NCBI GenBank assembly: GCA_044892525.1
Contig: CM097885.1
Coordinates: 13,270,001 to 13,330,000 of the forward strand
Length of the DNA stretch: 60,000 bases
From: Schmidtea polychroa
Taxonomy: Eukaryota
Direction of reading: 5' to 3'
A model generated the notes under the pieces. It did not search any database. It was given only the letters and a program-made list of their open reading frames with translations, and was not told the DNA's origin. Positions 1 to 11,499 of this stretch are shown piece by piece; position 1 is the first letter of the stretch; each line of letters opens with the position of its first letter. Both the position numbers and the translations under genes were made by a program.

Positions 1-1005
1 ATATTGATTAATTTTTGTCTTTTTTTTATCATATTCAATTCCACTATTACAGAACAAGAGTGACCAGCATCGTCATAGACGGATTATATTCACGACGCTG
101 ATCAGCCTTGTTTCTAACTAATAGGCTACATGCACAAATACGGGTCTACGACCCTACATGCACTAAAATTTCAATTTTTTTTAACCGGAGATCGCCACGA
201 ACAAATGGTTTCTAACCAGGAGTAAGGCGGGTAAATCCATCCCGGTAGTTTGCATAGTCACAGGGACTATGCGGACGGAATAAAATTTGGGATAGTAATC
301 GCGGGAAACGTAATACAATAAGGCCTATCGTACCGTATTCAGTTGAGTCGGGAAAGTAGGAAAATTTTAATTAATTCGACCTTTCGGTAAATGACATACT
401 AAAAATAAACACTTAACTATTCTATAGGAAATATATCACTAGGAATACTTAAAGGGAAATATCCCAGACTCAAATTATCACAAAAGTTATCAAGTAGTCG
501 GTTAATTGCACAAACTATTATTCAGTATGCTAAATATTAACTACCATTAATAGACTCTATTAATATCATTCATAATTATGTTCAATCATAAATGTAATCT
601 AGTTCACGTTCGATGATGTATTAATTATAAACTAAAATCATTTCGTAAAAATTTTATACTTACCTTATATGTATTGAAATTTAGCTTATATAAAATCTTT
701 AGAAATTTTTTGTGCCCTAATAATACTATCATCTTTAGGATCATTATTATTATCATTATTATTTTTACAAAGCTTCATTAATAAAGAGTATATCATTACC
801 ATTAGTATATAATCGCATATATCCGTATATTAAACTTAAAAAAACAAAAAAATTATAATTTTTCATAACTACCCCAACGTTACGAAATCGTCGAAACACA
901 TGTTCATATTCATAATCTAACTTATATATGTATATTTGAAACTTATAAAAGTATAACTTACCTTGCTTCATAAGTGCCCCCCACAAACCATACATTAGTC
1001 GAAAC

Positions 1006-1007
<2 letters not shown>

Positions 1008-1072
<65 letters not shown>
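1008..1072. repeat. (TA)n microsatellite
   Basis: Uninterrupted TA run of about 32 units. Confidence 0.97.
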
Positions 1073-1073
<1 letters not shown>

Positions 1074-1129
1074 TTAACTTAGGTTACCTTAAAATCATAG
1101 TTGAAAATTTTTCATTAAAGACCCCCAAT

Positions 1130-1700
1130 AAACCATATCGTCATCAACTACTACCTAAATATACTAAATTAGCTTATAGTAATATACATCTAACTTATAT
1201 TATATTTAAAAATATAAATTGTAAATTTCTTATGAATGACCCCCTCAAAATTATACCATCTTTATCCATCACCTAAGTATACTAAATCAGCTTATCTTAA
1301 TATATATTTAACTTATATTATGTTTAGAAAATGATAAATTATAAATGTTCTTAAATGACCCCCCTCCGAATTATACATTCATTACCCATTGCACAAATAT
1401 CCTAAATTAACTTATTTTAATATATATTTAGCTTGTAGTATGTTAAAAATGATAATTTATAAATATTCATAAATGACCCCCTCCGAATTACACATTCATT
1501 ACCCATTGCACAAATATCCTAAATTAACTTATTTTAATATATATTTAGCTTGTAGTATGTTAAAAATGATAATTTATAAATATTCATAAATGACCCCCCT
1601 GCATAAATTAACTTATTTTAATATAGATTTAACTTGCAGTATATTTAGAATGATTACTTATAAATTTTCATAAATGACCCCTTCGGTTCATATAGCCCTT
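1130..1700. repeat. Diverged tandem repeat, ~117-bp unit, ~5 copies
   Basis: Recurring anchors AATGACCCC (~1235, 1355, 1472, 1589, 1673) and CTAAAT(T/C)A(A/G)CTTAT (~1164, 1282, 1402, 1518). Confidence 0.85.
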
Positions 1701-1949
1701 AATGACTACTTAAAGGTATTAATTTAATTTGCTCCCAGACATAGTTAGCTTACATTACTTTTAGAAATATCATTTACATTTTGTTGTAACCGACCCCTCT
1801 CAATCATGTAGCCATTAACTATTCCTTTACTGAATTATATCATCTTCGCATAGCGTTCACGTATAACTCAGAGCGAAAAATAAGTCCATAACTTTCCGTA
1901 AATGATTCCCCATATGTGGTAACCTTTTAAAACTATGAACTTACATTTA

Positions 1950-2018
1950 TTATTATTATGATTAACCTTATTGTTATTGTTATTATTAACATCATTATTA
2001 TCATTATTAATATTATTA

Positions 2019-2106
<88 letters not shown>

Positions 2107-2215
2107 TATTATTATTATTGTTATTATTATTACTACTATTAGTGTTGTTACCATTAACATTTTCACTCTTGTCATTACCATTACTATTATCATTATCATT
2201 ATTAAAATGATTATT
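1950..2215. repeat. (TTA)n microsatellite with degenerate flanks
   Basis: Direct reading; it explains the poly-I and poly-L ORFs in the track. Confidence 0.95.
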
Positions 2216-2703
2216 TTTTTTTGAAATAAAATTTTAACCAAAATTATTGATTTTGGGATCCCCATATTTCTAAATTTAGTTGAAATGACCCTATCTTCCA
2301 ATAAAATTTTAGAAAACTACTGAAATCTATTTTTAGTAACAAGCCCCCCCCCGGAAAACGACGTCAGGATCAATAACTTAAATGATAAGTTTATGCAGTT
2401 ATAAATGTATATGTGTATATGTCCGTGTGTGTACATATGTTTGCCTATATTAATAATAGCCTCATAGAGGTATGGTTGTCTCTCAGATTATCGTATGATG
2501 GAACACCAGTAGAAGGATTGGAGCCCGCTAGACCAGGAGCCCGCTGGACCACATATACCCCCCCCCGGCCGGAAAATTTTTAAAAAATTTTCTAAGTCTA
2601 AAAGTACATTTTTTTCAAGGTCAAATTTTAAACAAAGACATATGACTCATCAAGGTCATTTAAACAAAGACCATGACTCATCAATACCATTCTCAAGGTC
2701 ATA

Positions 2704-4518
2704 TGCCTCCTCTTGGGTTAGGTTGATTCTGGATGCAGATGCCAAGGGATTCGCGTGGCTGTCTTCTGGTCTAATATTAGGCATGCATGTGAGATTAAGA
2801 GGAATATTAGTAAAATTTCTGTTCGTTCATCTACGTCTGGTTACCCCAAGACGTTTAATACACAATTACATTTAAGTTCAAACGTGACCCGTATTTCAAC
2901 AATATTTTAGGTAGTGAAATGGACTTAAAGTGCTAATTAATTTCCCTTTCTGATTTTTCGATTTAATTTAAATCGGCTTGAGAATTACAAAATTCAAGGT
3001 TTATGAGTACCAGTTACGAAATTGCAGTTCGTATATTTAAATTGGGAATCAATAAATTTAGGTTTGATGAATTAATAGCTGGTACAGTAAAAATGGGTAA
3101 TTAAAATTTTATAAATTAAACTTCCAATACCGATTGTTTAAATCATTTAAAGATTTAATTCATTAGTTTATACCAGTTTATATTAATTTAAATATTACTT
3201 TTCATTTAATAATTTTCAAGAATTCTCTGTCAATAATTTTGACAAAAATTGTGCTACTAGGACCCACTATGGGAAGCGGGTATTGTAAATTGTCTGGATT
3301 TACATTCAGCTCTTTGCGAATCTCTGACCATAGTGGTTGTAAGTGGCTCTCTCATCAACTGATACTTGACGAGTAAGTTAAATTTTGATTTTTTTATATT
3401 TATCTAATTTCAGGAATGGGTCTCCAAACACTTCACTTTAAACATGACATCTTAAATAATGGATTCGAGATACTACTGCCTGACGGTAGTCCAAAATATG
3501 CCGGCACACTAAATTCGTGTGGTGTTTAGCTGGGAATTGTTATTCATTTCAGATTTTGGGTCTATGCCGTGGAATTTTAAGATCACAATTTGCACTCGAG
3601 GGCGTTCAGAGATCTTTCATTTGTTTTCGAGAATTTACAGTGATGGGAGTAATTGGTTAAATAATTCTCGCAAAGCGCGCATCCAAAGTGACTTTATGTA
3701 TTTCTATTTATTTATGTCGTTTTCCGTTTTTACTTCGTTATTTTAGTCAATAAATTCAGCTAGATTTTTTGAGTTTTTAATTTTAAACAACCCTACTGAA
3801 ATATTTCAGTTCTTTAAGGTAACTTCGGCATAATTTTATTTTTTCTGGGGTAGGTAAATGAACTAGGGTGTTAGTAGAAGGATTGGAGCCCGCTAGACCA
3901 GGAGCCCGCTGGACCACATATACCCCCCCCCCCGGCCGGAAAATTTTAAAAAAATTTTCTAAGTCTAAAAGTACATTTTTTTCAAGGTCAAATTTTAAAC
4001 AAAGACATATGACTCATCAAGGTCATTTAAACAAAGACCATGACTCATCAATACCATTCTCAAGGTCATATGCCTCATCGTGATGACTCATCAACAAAGA
4101 CCATGACTCATCAATACCATTCTCAAGGTCATGTGACTCATCGTGATGACTCATCAAGGTCATATTATTATTTTTAAAAAATATTATTATTTTATTATTA
4201 TTATTCAAAATATTATTAGTGATCCAGCGGGCTTTTGGTTTTCGTTTGCCCAAAAGTTGTCGTTCCAATCATTTTATTTCATCGTTCGATAGCTCATTTT
4301 AAAGCTTAGTGCAAGACCTTTCGAATGAGCTATTGAAGGTATCATCATCATTAATATTGACAAAGTTATTATCGTTTTCCCGAGACCATTTTCAAGGTCA
4401 TATAATTATTATTAGTATTAGTATTAATCTATATACTCCGAGTTTATCCGACAAAATATTTTGTCCCCCTATGGGTAATGCTCACAAGGGTACTGCTCAC
4501 GCTCAACAACTCGCAATG

Positions 4519-4554
<36 letters not shown>

Positions 4555-4783
4555 GTTTTAGCACACACTCATTATACCAATATGAATTTAGTTTTCATGG
4601 TGTATCAAATCAAAACTCCTATTTTTATAGTCTATCAACCAATCAGAACATATGTTATTTCAGTAGTAATATAAATAAAGCAGTATATTAAAAATTATTT
4701 GACTGCAACATACACAAAAACATACCATATTACTTTTTCCATCATTAGATACTTAAAGAGTTTAATTAACAATATTATAAAAT
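2704..4783 (+). repeat. Left arm of a ~2.08-kb near-perfect inverted repeat (partner 5889-7966)
   Basis: Reverse complement of 5889-7966. Mirrored ORFs confirm it (3519+/6924-, 4023-/6401+, 4309+/5998-). It consists of captured flank (2704-3872) plus the TIR (3873-4783). Confidence 0.97.
3982..4162 (+). promoter_or_regulatory. Subterminal repeat array with 6x TGACTCA and 5x TCAAGGTCA (mirrored at ~6507-6687, partial copy at ~2616-2701)
   Basis: TGACTCA at 4010, 4041, 4084, 4104, 4134 and 4147; TCAAGGTCA at 3982, 4017, 4060, 4123 and 4154. These are the AP-1 and NR5A/ERR consensus sites; function is inferred. Confidence 0.4.
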
Positions 4784-4953
4784 GTAACTAATGATGAAAA
4801 AAGTAATGAAAACTATAACGAGTTTTCGAAAATAAAAATTATCTACATAATAAAATAGAATGCAAAATAATGTTTTAAAAGATTTATTAATAAAACATCA
4901 TTATCAATATTATTATTTTCAACTTCCGTGATCTTTTCGCCGTTTGCCCATTT

Positions 4954-5313
4954 TTAGTTCTTTTTCAAGATTCTTGATGTTTTCATCATACATCTTCCTC
5001 TCACTTCCCGTTTTTTATTCTCATCAGTTAGCCTTTTCCTCGACTCCTGTACTAATTGTTTTAGGTAGTGACTGTGAGCTTCCTGTCGAGTATTCTCTAA
5101 TGCTGACCACTTGGCGGCTCTTTTACATGCCTCTGCCTCTGCTCGTAAATTTTGCACCAACCATTGGAATTGGTGGTTCTCCCGTTCTCTTGCTTCTTCG
5201 AGATAGTTTCGTGTCTGATTTGCTAGTTGTACCATCACTTTGGCCCATCTTTCTCTGTGTACTTTATTGATTTTTACTTCGTTGTTTGGGGCTTCAGTTC
5301 TTTCTTGTGACAT
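4954..5313 (-). CDS. Hypothetical 119-aa charged helical/coiled-coil protein, the only plausible cargo ORF of element A
   Basis: ATG in AAAATG context, higher GC than its surroundings, and an E/R/K/Q/A-rich non-repetitive translation. It lies in the unique core between the TIRs. No family recognised. Confidence 0.5.
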   Translation of the reverse strand: MSQERTEAPNNEVKINKVHRERWAKVMVQLANQTRNYLEEARERENHQFQWLVQNLRAEAEACKRAAKWSALENTRQEAHSHYLKQLVQESRKRLTDENKKREVRGRCMMKTSRILKKN

Positions 5314-5888
5314 TTTATCTAAATAACGATATTATTAACCATGTTGTGAATTTATTACTATCATTATTATTATTATTATTATTGATATTATTATTATTAT
5401 AATTATTATTATTAATATTATTATTATTTTCAAAGATATTTTCAAATTTATTATTATTATTATTATCAACAAGTCGCAAGAGTATTATTATAATTATTAT
5501 TATAGATATATGTAGCTGCATGCTGACTGCAACATACATTTTCAAATATACATTGTAAAAAGTTTTAAACCATATTACATTTTCCATCATTAGATACTTA
5601 TAGAGTTTTTTTTTACTAACAATATTATTATAAAATATATCTAATGATGAAAAAAGTAATGAAAACTATAACGAGTTTTCGAAAATAAAAATTATCTACA
5701 ATATGAAATAGAACGCCAAAATAAATGTTTTTAAAAGATTTATTAATCGCTTAATAAAACATCATCGATATCGACGTCATTATCAATATTCACATCAATA
5801 TTCATATCAATATTTACATCAAAATCAATATTGTCATCAGAATCACAAAAGCTCAGGCTCATTTCGCTAAAAAGTGGTCCAACTTCAA

Positions 5889-6117
5889 ATTTTATAATAT
5901 TGTTAATTAAACTCTTTAAGTATCTAATGATGGAAAAAGTAATATGGTATGTTTTTGTGTATGTTGCAGTCAAATAATTTTTAATATACTGCTTTATTTA
6001 TATTACTACTGAAATAACATATGTTCTGATTGGTTGATAGACTATAAAAATAGGAGTTTTGATTTGATACACCATGAAAACTAAATTCATATTGGTATAA
6101 TGAGTGTGTGCTAAAAC

Positions 6118-6150
<33 letters not shown>

Positions 6151-7966
6151 CATTGCGAGTTGTTGAGCGTGAGCAGTACCCTTGTGAGCATTACCCATAG
6201 GGGGACAAAATATTTTGTCGGATAAACTCGGAGTATATAGATTAATACTAATACTAATAATAATTATATGACCTTGAAAATGGTCTCGGGAAAACGATAA
6301 TAACTTTGTCAATATTAATGATGATGATACCTTCAATAGCTCATTCGAAAGGTCTTGCACTAAGCTTTAAAATGAGCTATCGAACGATGAAATAAAATGA
6401 TTGGAACGACAACTTTTGGGCAAACGAAAACCAAAAGCCCGCTGGATCACTAATAATATTTTGAATAATAATAATAAAATAATAATATTTTTTAAAAATA
6501 ATAATATGACCTTGATGAGTCATCACGATGAGTCACATGACCTTGAGAATGGTATTGATGAGTCATGGTCTTTGTTGATGAGTCATCACGATGAGGCATA
6601 TGACCTTGAGAATGGTATTGATGAGTCATGGTCTTTGTTTAAATGACCTTGATGAGTCATATGTCTTTGTTTAAAATTTGACCTTGAAAAAAATGTACTT
6701 TTAGACTTAGAAAATTTTTTAAAAATTTTCCGGCCGGGGGGGGGGGGTATATGTGGTCCAGCGGGCTCCTGGTCTAGCGGGCTCCAATCCTTCTACTAAC
6801 ACCCTAGTTCATTTACCTACCCCAGAAAAAATAAAATTATGCCGAAGTTACCTTAAAGAACTGAAATATTTCAGTAGGGTTGTTTAAAATTAAAAACTCA
6901 AAAAATCTAGCTGAATTTATTGACTAAAATAACGAAGTAAAAACGGAAAACGACATAAATAAATAGAAATACATAAAGTCACTTTGGATGCGCGCTTTGC
7001 GAGAATTATTTAACCAATTACTCCCATCACTGTAAATTCTCGAAAACAAATGAAAGATCTCTGAACGCCCTCGAGTGCAAATTGTGATCTTAAAATTCCA
7101 CGGCATAGACCCAAAATCTGAAATGAATAACAATTCCCAGCTAAACACCACACGAATTTAGTGTGCCGGCATATTTTGGACTACCGTCAGGCAGTAGTAT
7201 CTCGAATCCATTATTTAAGATGTCATGTTTAAAGTGAAGTGTTTGGAGACCCATTCCTGAAATTAGATAAATATAAAAAAATCAAAATTTAACTTACTCG
7301 TCAAGTATCAGTTGATGAGAGAGCCACTTACAACCACTATGGTCAGAGATTCGCAAAGAGCTGAATGTAAATCCAGACAATTTACAATACCCGCTTCCCA
7401 TAGTGGGTCCTAGTAGCACAATTTTTGTCAAAATTATTGACAGAGAATTCTTGAAAATTATTAAATGAAAAGTAATATTTAAATTAATATAAACTGGTAT
7501 AAACTAATGAATTAAATCTTTAAATGATTTAAACAATCGGTATTGGAAGTTTAATTTATAAAATTTTAATTACCCATTTTTACTGTACCAGCTATTAATT
7601 CATCAAACCTAAATTTATTGATTCCCAATTTAAATATACGAACTGCAATTTCGTAACTGGTACTCATAAACCTTGAATTTTGTAATTCTCAAGCCGATTT
7701 AAATTAAATCGAAAAATCAGAAAGGGAAATTAATTAGCACTTTAAGTCCATTTCACTACCTAAAATATTGTTGAAATACGGGTCACGTTTGAACTTAAAT
7801 GTAATTGTGTATTAAACATCTTGGGGTAACCAGACGTAGATGAACGAACAGAAATTTTACTAATATTCCTCTTAATCTCACATGCATGCCTAATATTAGA
7901 CCAGAAGACAGCCACGCGAATCCCTTGGCATCTGCATCCAGAATCAACCTAACCCAAGAGGAGGCA
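5889..7966 (-). repeat. Right arm of the ~2.08-kb inverted repeat: right TIR (5889-6797) plus host flank (6798-7966)
   Basis: Reverse complement of 2704-4783, with only a few differences seen (one TTA unit, homopolymer length, a substitution near 2852/7818). Confidence 0.97.
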
Positions 7967-8386
7967 GACGAAGTCACCAGACTGGACCAGGAGGATGAAC
8001 TCACTCGCCTGAGGTCCAGGTGGATCTGGTATAAGATCCATGATTGGACCTACCAGAACACAATTCCAGTGATCCCGAAGGTGGAACCATATATTAACTA
8101 CACCTCGTTGGCTTTGAGCGCCGCCTTGGACGACGCGAAGGAGGCGGTGAACCGGTTGCACCGGCTCGAAGTAGCAATCCTAGCCGGCGAGCTCGAAGAC
8201 ATCGACGGTTACGCTCGAACCCAATGCCATCCTAAGCGGACCGCAGCCCTTCGCCGTGGGCTGGAATGCCAGAGAAGTCCTCCGCGAGGGCCGGACCATC
8301 CGAGAAAACGCGGACGCCCACGAAAAACCGCCAGCTCAGCCAAGGAGATTGCCGAACCGAAAGCTAGCGTTGTGCGACACGCCTAA
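7886..8386 (+). CDS. Hypothetical 166-aa protein with a C-terminal AT-hook (PRKRGRPRK)
   Basis: ATG-started ORF coinciding with a GC-rich island in AT-rich DNA; canonical RGRP AT-hook core with basic flanks. Confidence 0.6.
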   Translation: MPNIRPEDSHANPLASASRINLTQEEADEVTRLDQEDELTRLRSRWIWYKIHDWTYQNTIPVIPKVEPYINYTSLALSAALDDAKEAVNRLHRLEVAILAGELEDIDGYARTQCHPKRTAALRRGLECQRSPPRGPDHPRKRGRPRKTASSAKEIAEPKASVVRHA

Positions 8387-8835
8387 CATCTGCGTTGTGA
8401 TCAAAGACTATGACTTGTAATAGAAACCCATTAGCATGCAATGACTTCGTTATTAAATGTACAGTGTGATATTATGTAATGTGATGGACGTCTTTGATCC
8501 AGGGGTAAAATATTACTCTTTATGTCTCGGTAGTTCATATTTATCTAATTGTTTGTTTGTGTTTTGGTGGTCGATATTAATTTAATTGTTTGTATTGCCT
8601 TATTTCTGATAATTTTCTTTAACATTGACTATTATTATTATTATTGACTATAATTTTCCTTAACGTTGACTATTATTGCCAGCCCTATAAGGTTTTGGTA
8701 AGATTCATAGAACTAGGTTTAGGTGTGCGTAGAGGAGGGCTGCGATGAGGAGATTACATTCATTTAGCATTGATACTCATAATGATGCGCGACACTCGAT
8801 GCTGATGTGAAAATTACTAATGTTGTCTTATTTTA

Positions 8836-9294
8836 GTGCTAAAACTCCTGGAAGAAATGTGGGCAGACAGAGAGCGAGCGCAACAACAAGCAGAGGAATA
8901 CCGGGCCAAGCTGGCTCGGATCAACGCCCATTGCCGGAATTATAAAAACACCTGGTTCCCGCCGGCGGAAATGAAACAAATGAAGCTGATTGCTCAACTC
9001 CAACTCCAGAGTACGCAGGACCAGGTTGAGTTGCGGGCTCTCCGTCTAAGATTGAGGGAGCTAGAGACCAAGGTGTACCAACAAGATATCGATCGGGAGG
9101 TCATTTCCAACATCCGGCCCATGAGTGAGTTGCTCCACAAACCGAAGGAGTACGCACCACCGATAATCCCGAGGAAGAGGATCCGGCCGGGTAAAGCGGC
9201 GCGGGCGAGGATAAGACAAGCCAGCCAGGCCCAATTAACACTTCATTCAGCTGTGTCAGAGCCTACTCCGAAAGAATCAACCAAGACACTATAA
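8836..9294 (+). CDS. Hypothetical ~152-aa coiled-coil protein with a basic C-terminus (probably a 3' exon)
   Basis: GC-rich ORF beginning at a TCTTATTTTAG acceptor-like site (~8836); AATAAA at ~9314 just after the stop. Confidence 0.5.
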   Translation: MLKLLEEMWADRERAQQQAEEYRAKLARINAHCRNYKNTWFPPAEMKQMKLIAQLQLQSTQDQVELRALRLRLRELETKVYQQDIDREVISNIRPMSELLHKPKEYAPPIIPRKRIRPGKAARARIRQASQAQLTLHSAVSEPTPKESTKTL

Positions 9295-9374
9295 GTTCTG
9301 ATTGTGTTTTCCGAATAAATCGTTACTGGTACATCCATATCTAGACATTTTGATTTTTCCATAACGTTAATTGT

Positions 9375-9580
9375 CGCAACGGGGACCTAACGAAATCGGA
9401 CATAGGCCTTCTATCGGCAGTCCGTGAACCCCAGTGGGTGCTAGACAATTATAATGTGTTAAGCACGCTCACTTTTTGCTAGTACCCAAACCCTTGATAC
9501 AGTACCAACGTTGATTGCTCAACGGGTATCAAGTGGTCAGCTATAAATTGTATTCTGGGTTACGCTGGAAACAGCATAAG
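9375..9580 (+). repeat. Dispersed repeat, homologous to ~47310-47510
   Basis: Shared collinear motifs ACATAGG(C/T)CTTCTA.CGGCAGTCC.TGAAC, CCAACGTTGATT and TGTATT.TGGGT.ACGCTGGAAACAGCA. Confidence 0.7.
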
Positions 9581-10559
9581 GAGGTAGAGATTTTGCAGTA
9601 CATGTAACCCACCAAACAGTTTAGTGATTAAACCGATAATAATCTTAAATTTTTAGGCATGTTATTATAATTATACTTGTCATACGACGTTACCAGATAA
9701 TTTGATGATCGAAATGAAGAAGAAATTGTAAATCTTTATTTTATGACATTTTATATTTTGGTGAATTTTGGAGGAGACCAGATTGAATGGATGTTCGTGC
9801 ACTGTTGGCACTCGTGTGATGACCAGTGGATGTCCTGGGAGTTTGGCACCTCAGGGTGAGAGTCAAACAGTTGAGAAAGGCATGCTGAGTAGGAAGCAGA
9901 AGTTTAGAGAATTTGATCTTGAACGTCTTATGCAGATGAATAAAACTACAGGCCAATCTGAAATTATGTCCATATTTCTTACATCGAAATTCAATCATGT
10001 TATGTGAAAATCTGCTTAGTACATAGCCAGCGTAGAGGCGAACGTTTTGAGCTGAGAAAAACTCGTAGGACAACAAACATAGATAAGTTCGTCGTCGGAT
10101 TTGAGGTATAAATCATAATTCGGAACATTGATAGTATGGAATAAAATACGTCGTGAATATCCATTTTTTTCAAATAAACACCAGCAGGCGACGTTCGGCT
10201 ATCATTGAACTGCTATCGAGACGTCTCGACTTCGACAGAGAATATTTGACTAAATAAACAATAGCTCCGTTATGTACACACTGCCATTCGAGAGGCCGGA
10301 AATGCCCATCAATTAGAAATTTATCAATATCATAGATCTGAGTGCATCATGTTATCTTATAATCTTTCTCAAGTATCGACCGTAGAGAAGCTGGAGCGGT
10401 CCAGGTAGTAGATAAAACCCGATACACCTGTGTAATCTCTACATTCATGGCAGTCGTCTACTGGTTTGTTTGTTTACGCTCATCCAACAAATAGATTTTT
10501 GGGTTTTTTTTTGTGACAAAAACACAACACATAGTAAAAAATGCATGCAAATTTTCGAT

Positions 10560-11160
10560 ATGTAGAATCGTTGCAATGAATAAACGCACTATAATAAATC
10601 ATTTACAGACATTTTTAGAATTTTTTAGAAAAAATTGAATGAAAAAATATTTAACGAAAATTCCGAAAACTCAACTTTGAGTTGTATAGATAATGAAGAC
10701 ATTATTTCGTAAGATTTATCTTAAATTTTTAATAAATTTAATAGTTTTTTAGTATTTCAAATTGCCCTGAAATCTCAACTTTGCCGTCTGATGTTGGGAA
10801 AAAACTAGAAAATCGTAAATTAGATTAACCTAAATTTAAAACTTAATATTTCTATAGATTTTTATAATTTCGGGCTATTATTAGGAATTCGCAAAGAATC
10901 AATCAGAAATATAATTTATAAATATAAAAATTTAATAAATTGTATTAATAAATTGTATTTAATAAATAGTACTTAATTACTTAATAAAATAATAATAAAA
11001 CTCACATTATATTGAAATAATTCCAAATAATAATAATAACATCTAAAACTCTTGAAAAATTAATTAAAAATAATTTATAATAAAAAATGTTGATAAAAAG
11101 TATTATTTAAGAGCTTGAATAATGATCTCATATCTCAAGCCTTAAAGTTTACTTTAAATA
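10560..11160 (+). repeat. Diverged inverted homologue of ~31385-32300
   Basis: Collinear anchors on opposite strands: CGTAAGAT, GAAAATCGTAAATT, CATTATAT.GAAATAATTCCAAATAAT, AATTAATTAAAAATAATTTATAAT, AATAATGATCTCATATC and TCAAGCCTTAAA.TTTACTT. Confidence 0.75.
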
Positions 11161-11499
11161 AAAATAAATTACTTGAAAGCCATTTCTAAAAGGGCTAAAT
11201 ACAATTATTTAAAATAGCTAAATAAAGTAGCTAAATAAGTAATTGAATGTATGTAGTTAAATTAACCACATGCATTCCAAAAATTTTCACCATAAAGAAT
11301 GACGCATCTATAATTGGTTGTACATACCAACCCATATTATAGATGCGTTTATTCAGTGCAAACAGGTGAGTAGGTAGATAGTGGCTTACGGGAACAATTA
11401 CCCCCCCCCGGGGGGGGGGGGGAGGGGATTGTTCCCAAATTTTTATTACGCAATTGTTCCCAACTCATTTTTTTGCTTTCAGGGATTTTTGGTCCAAAT

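Larger units (their letters stand above)
2508..6797. mobile_element. Element A: non-autonomous foldback element with Polinton/Maverick-type ends and a rearranged left end
   Basis: Starts AGTAGAAGGATTGG (2508) and ends CCAATCCTTCTACT (6797). Flanked by a perfect 6-bp direct repeat AACACC (2502-2507, 6798-6803). Full TIRs at 3873-4783 and 5889-6797, core at 4784-5888. The Polinton assignment rests on the termini and TSD length only. Confidence 0.8.

Noticed and set aside
1933..2301. Poly-I, poly-L, poly-N and poly-Y ORFs here and at 974, 5315, 14938, 24841, 56560, 57317 and 58734-59142
   Set aside because: They are translations of (TA)n and (TTA)n microsatellites.
4023..4674. Duplicated ORFs in the TIRs of element A (81 aa and 120-121 aa) and in the captured flank (75 aa)
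   Set aside because: Non-ATG starts, repeat-derived or low-complexity sequence; they are duplicated only because of the inverted repeat.
4788..4835. Hammerhead-like hairpin GAAAACT...AGTTTTC-GAAA (also ~5641-5690)
   Set aside because: It lacks the CUGANGA box and a stem III/UH site.
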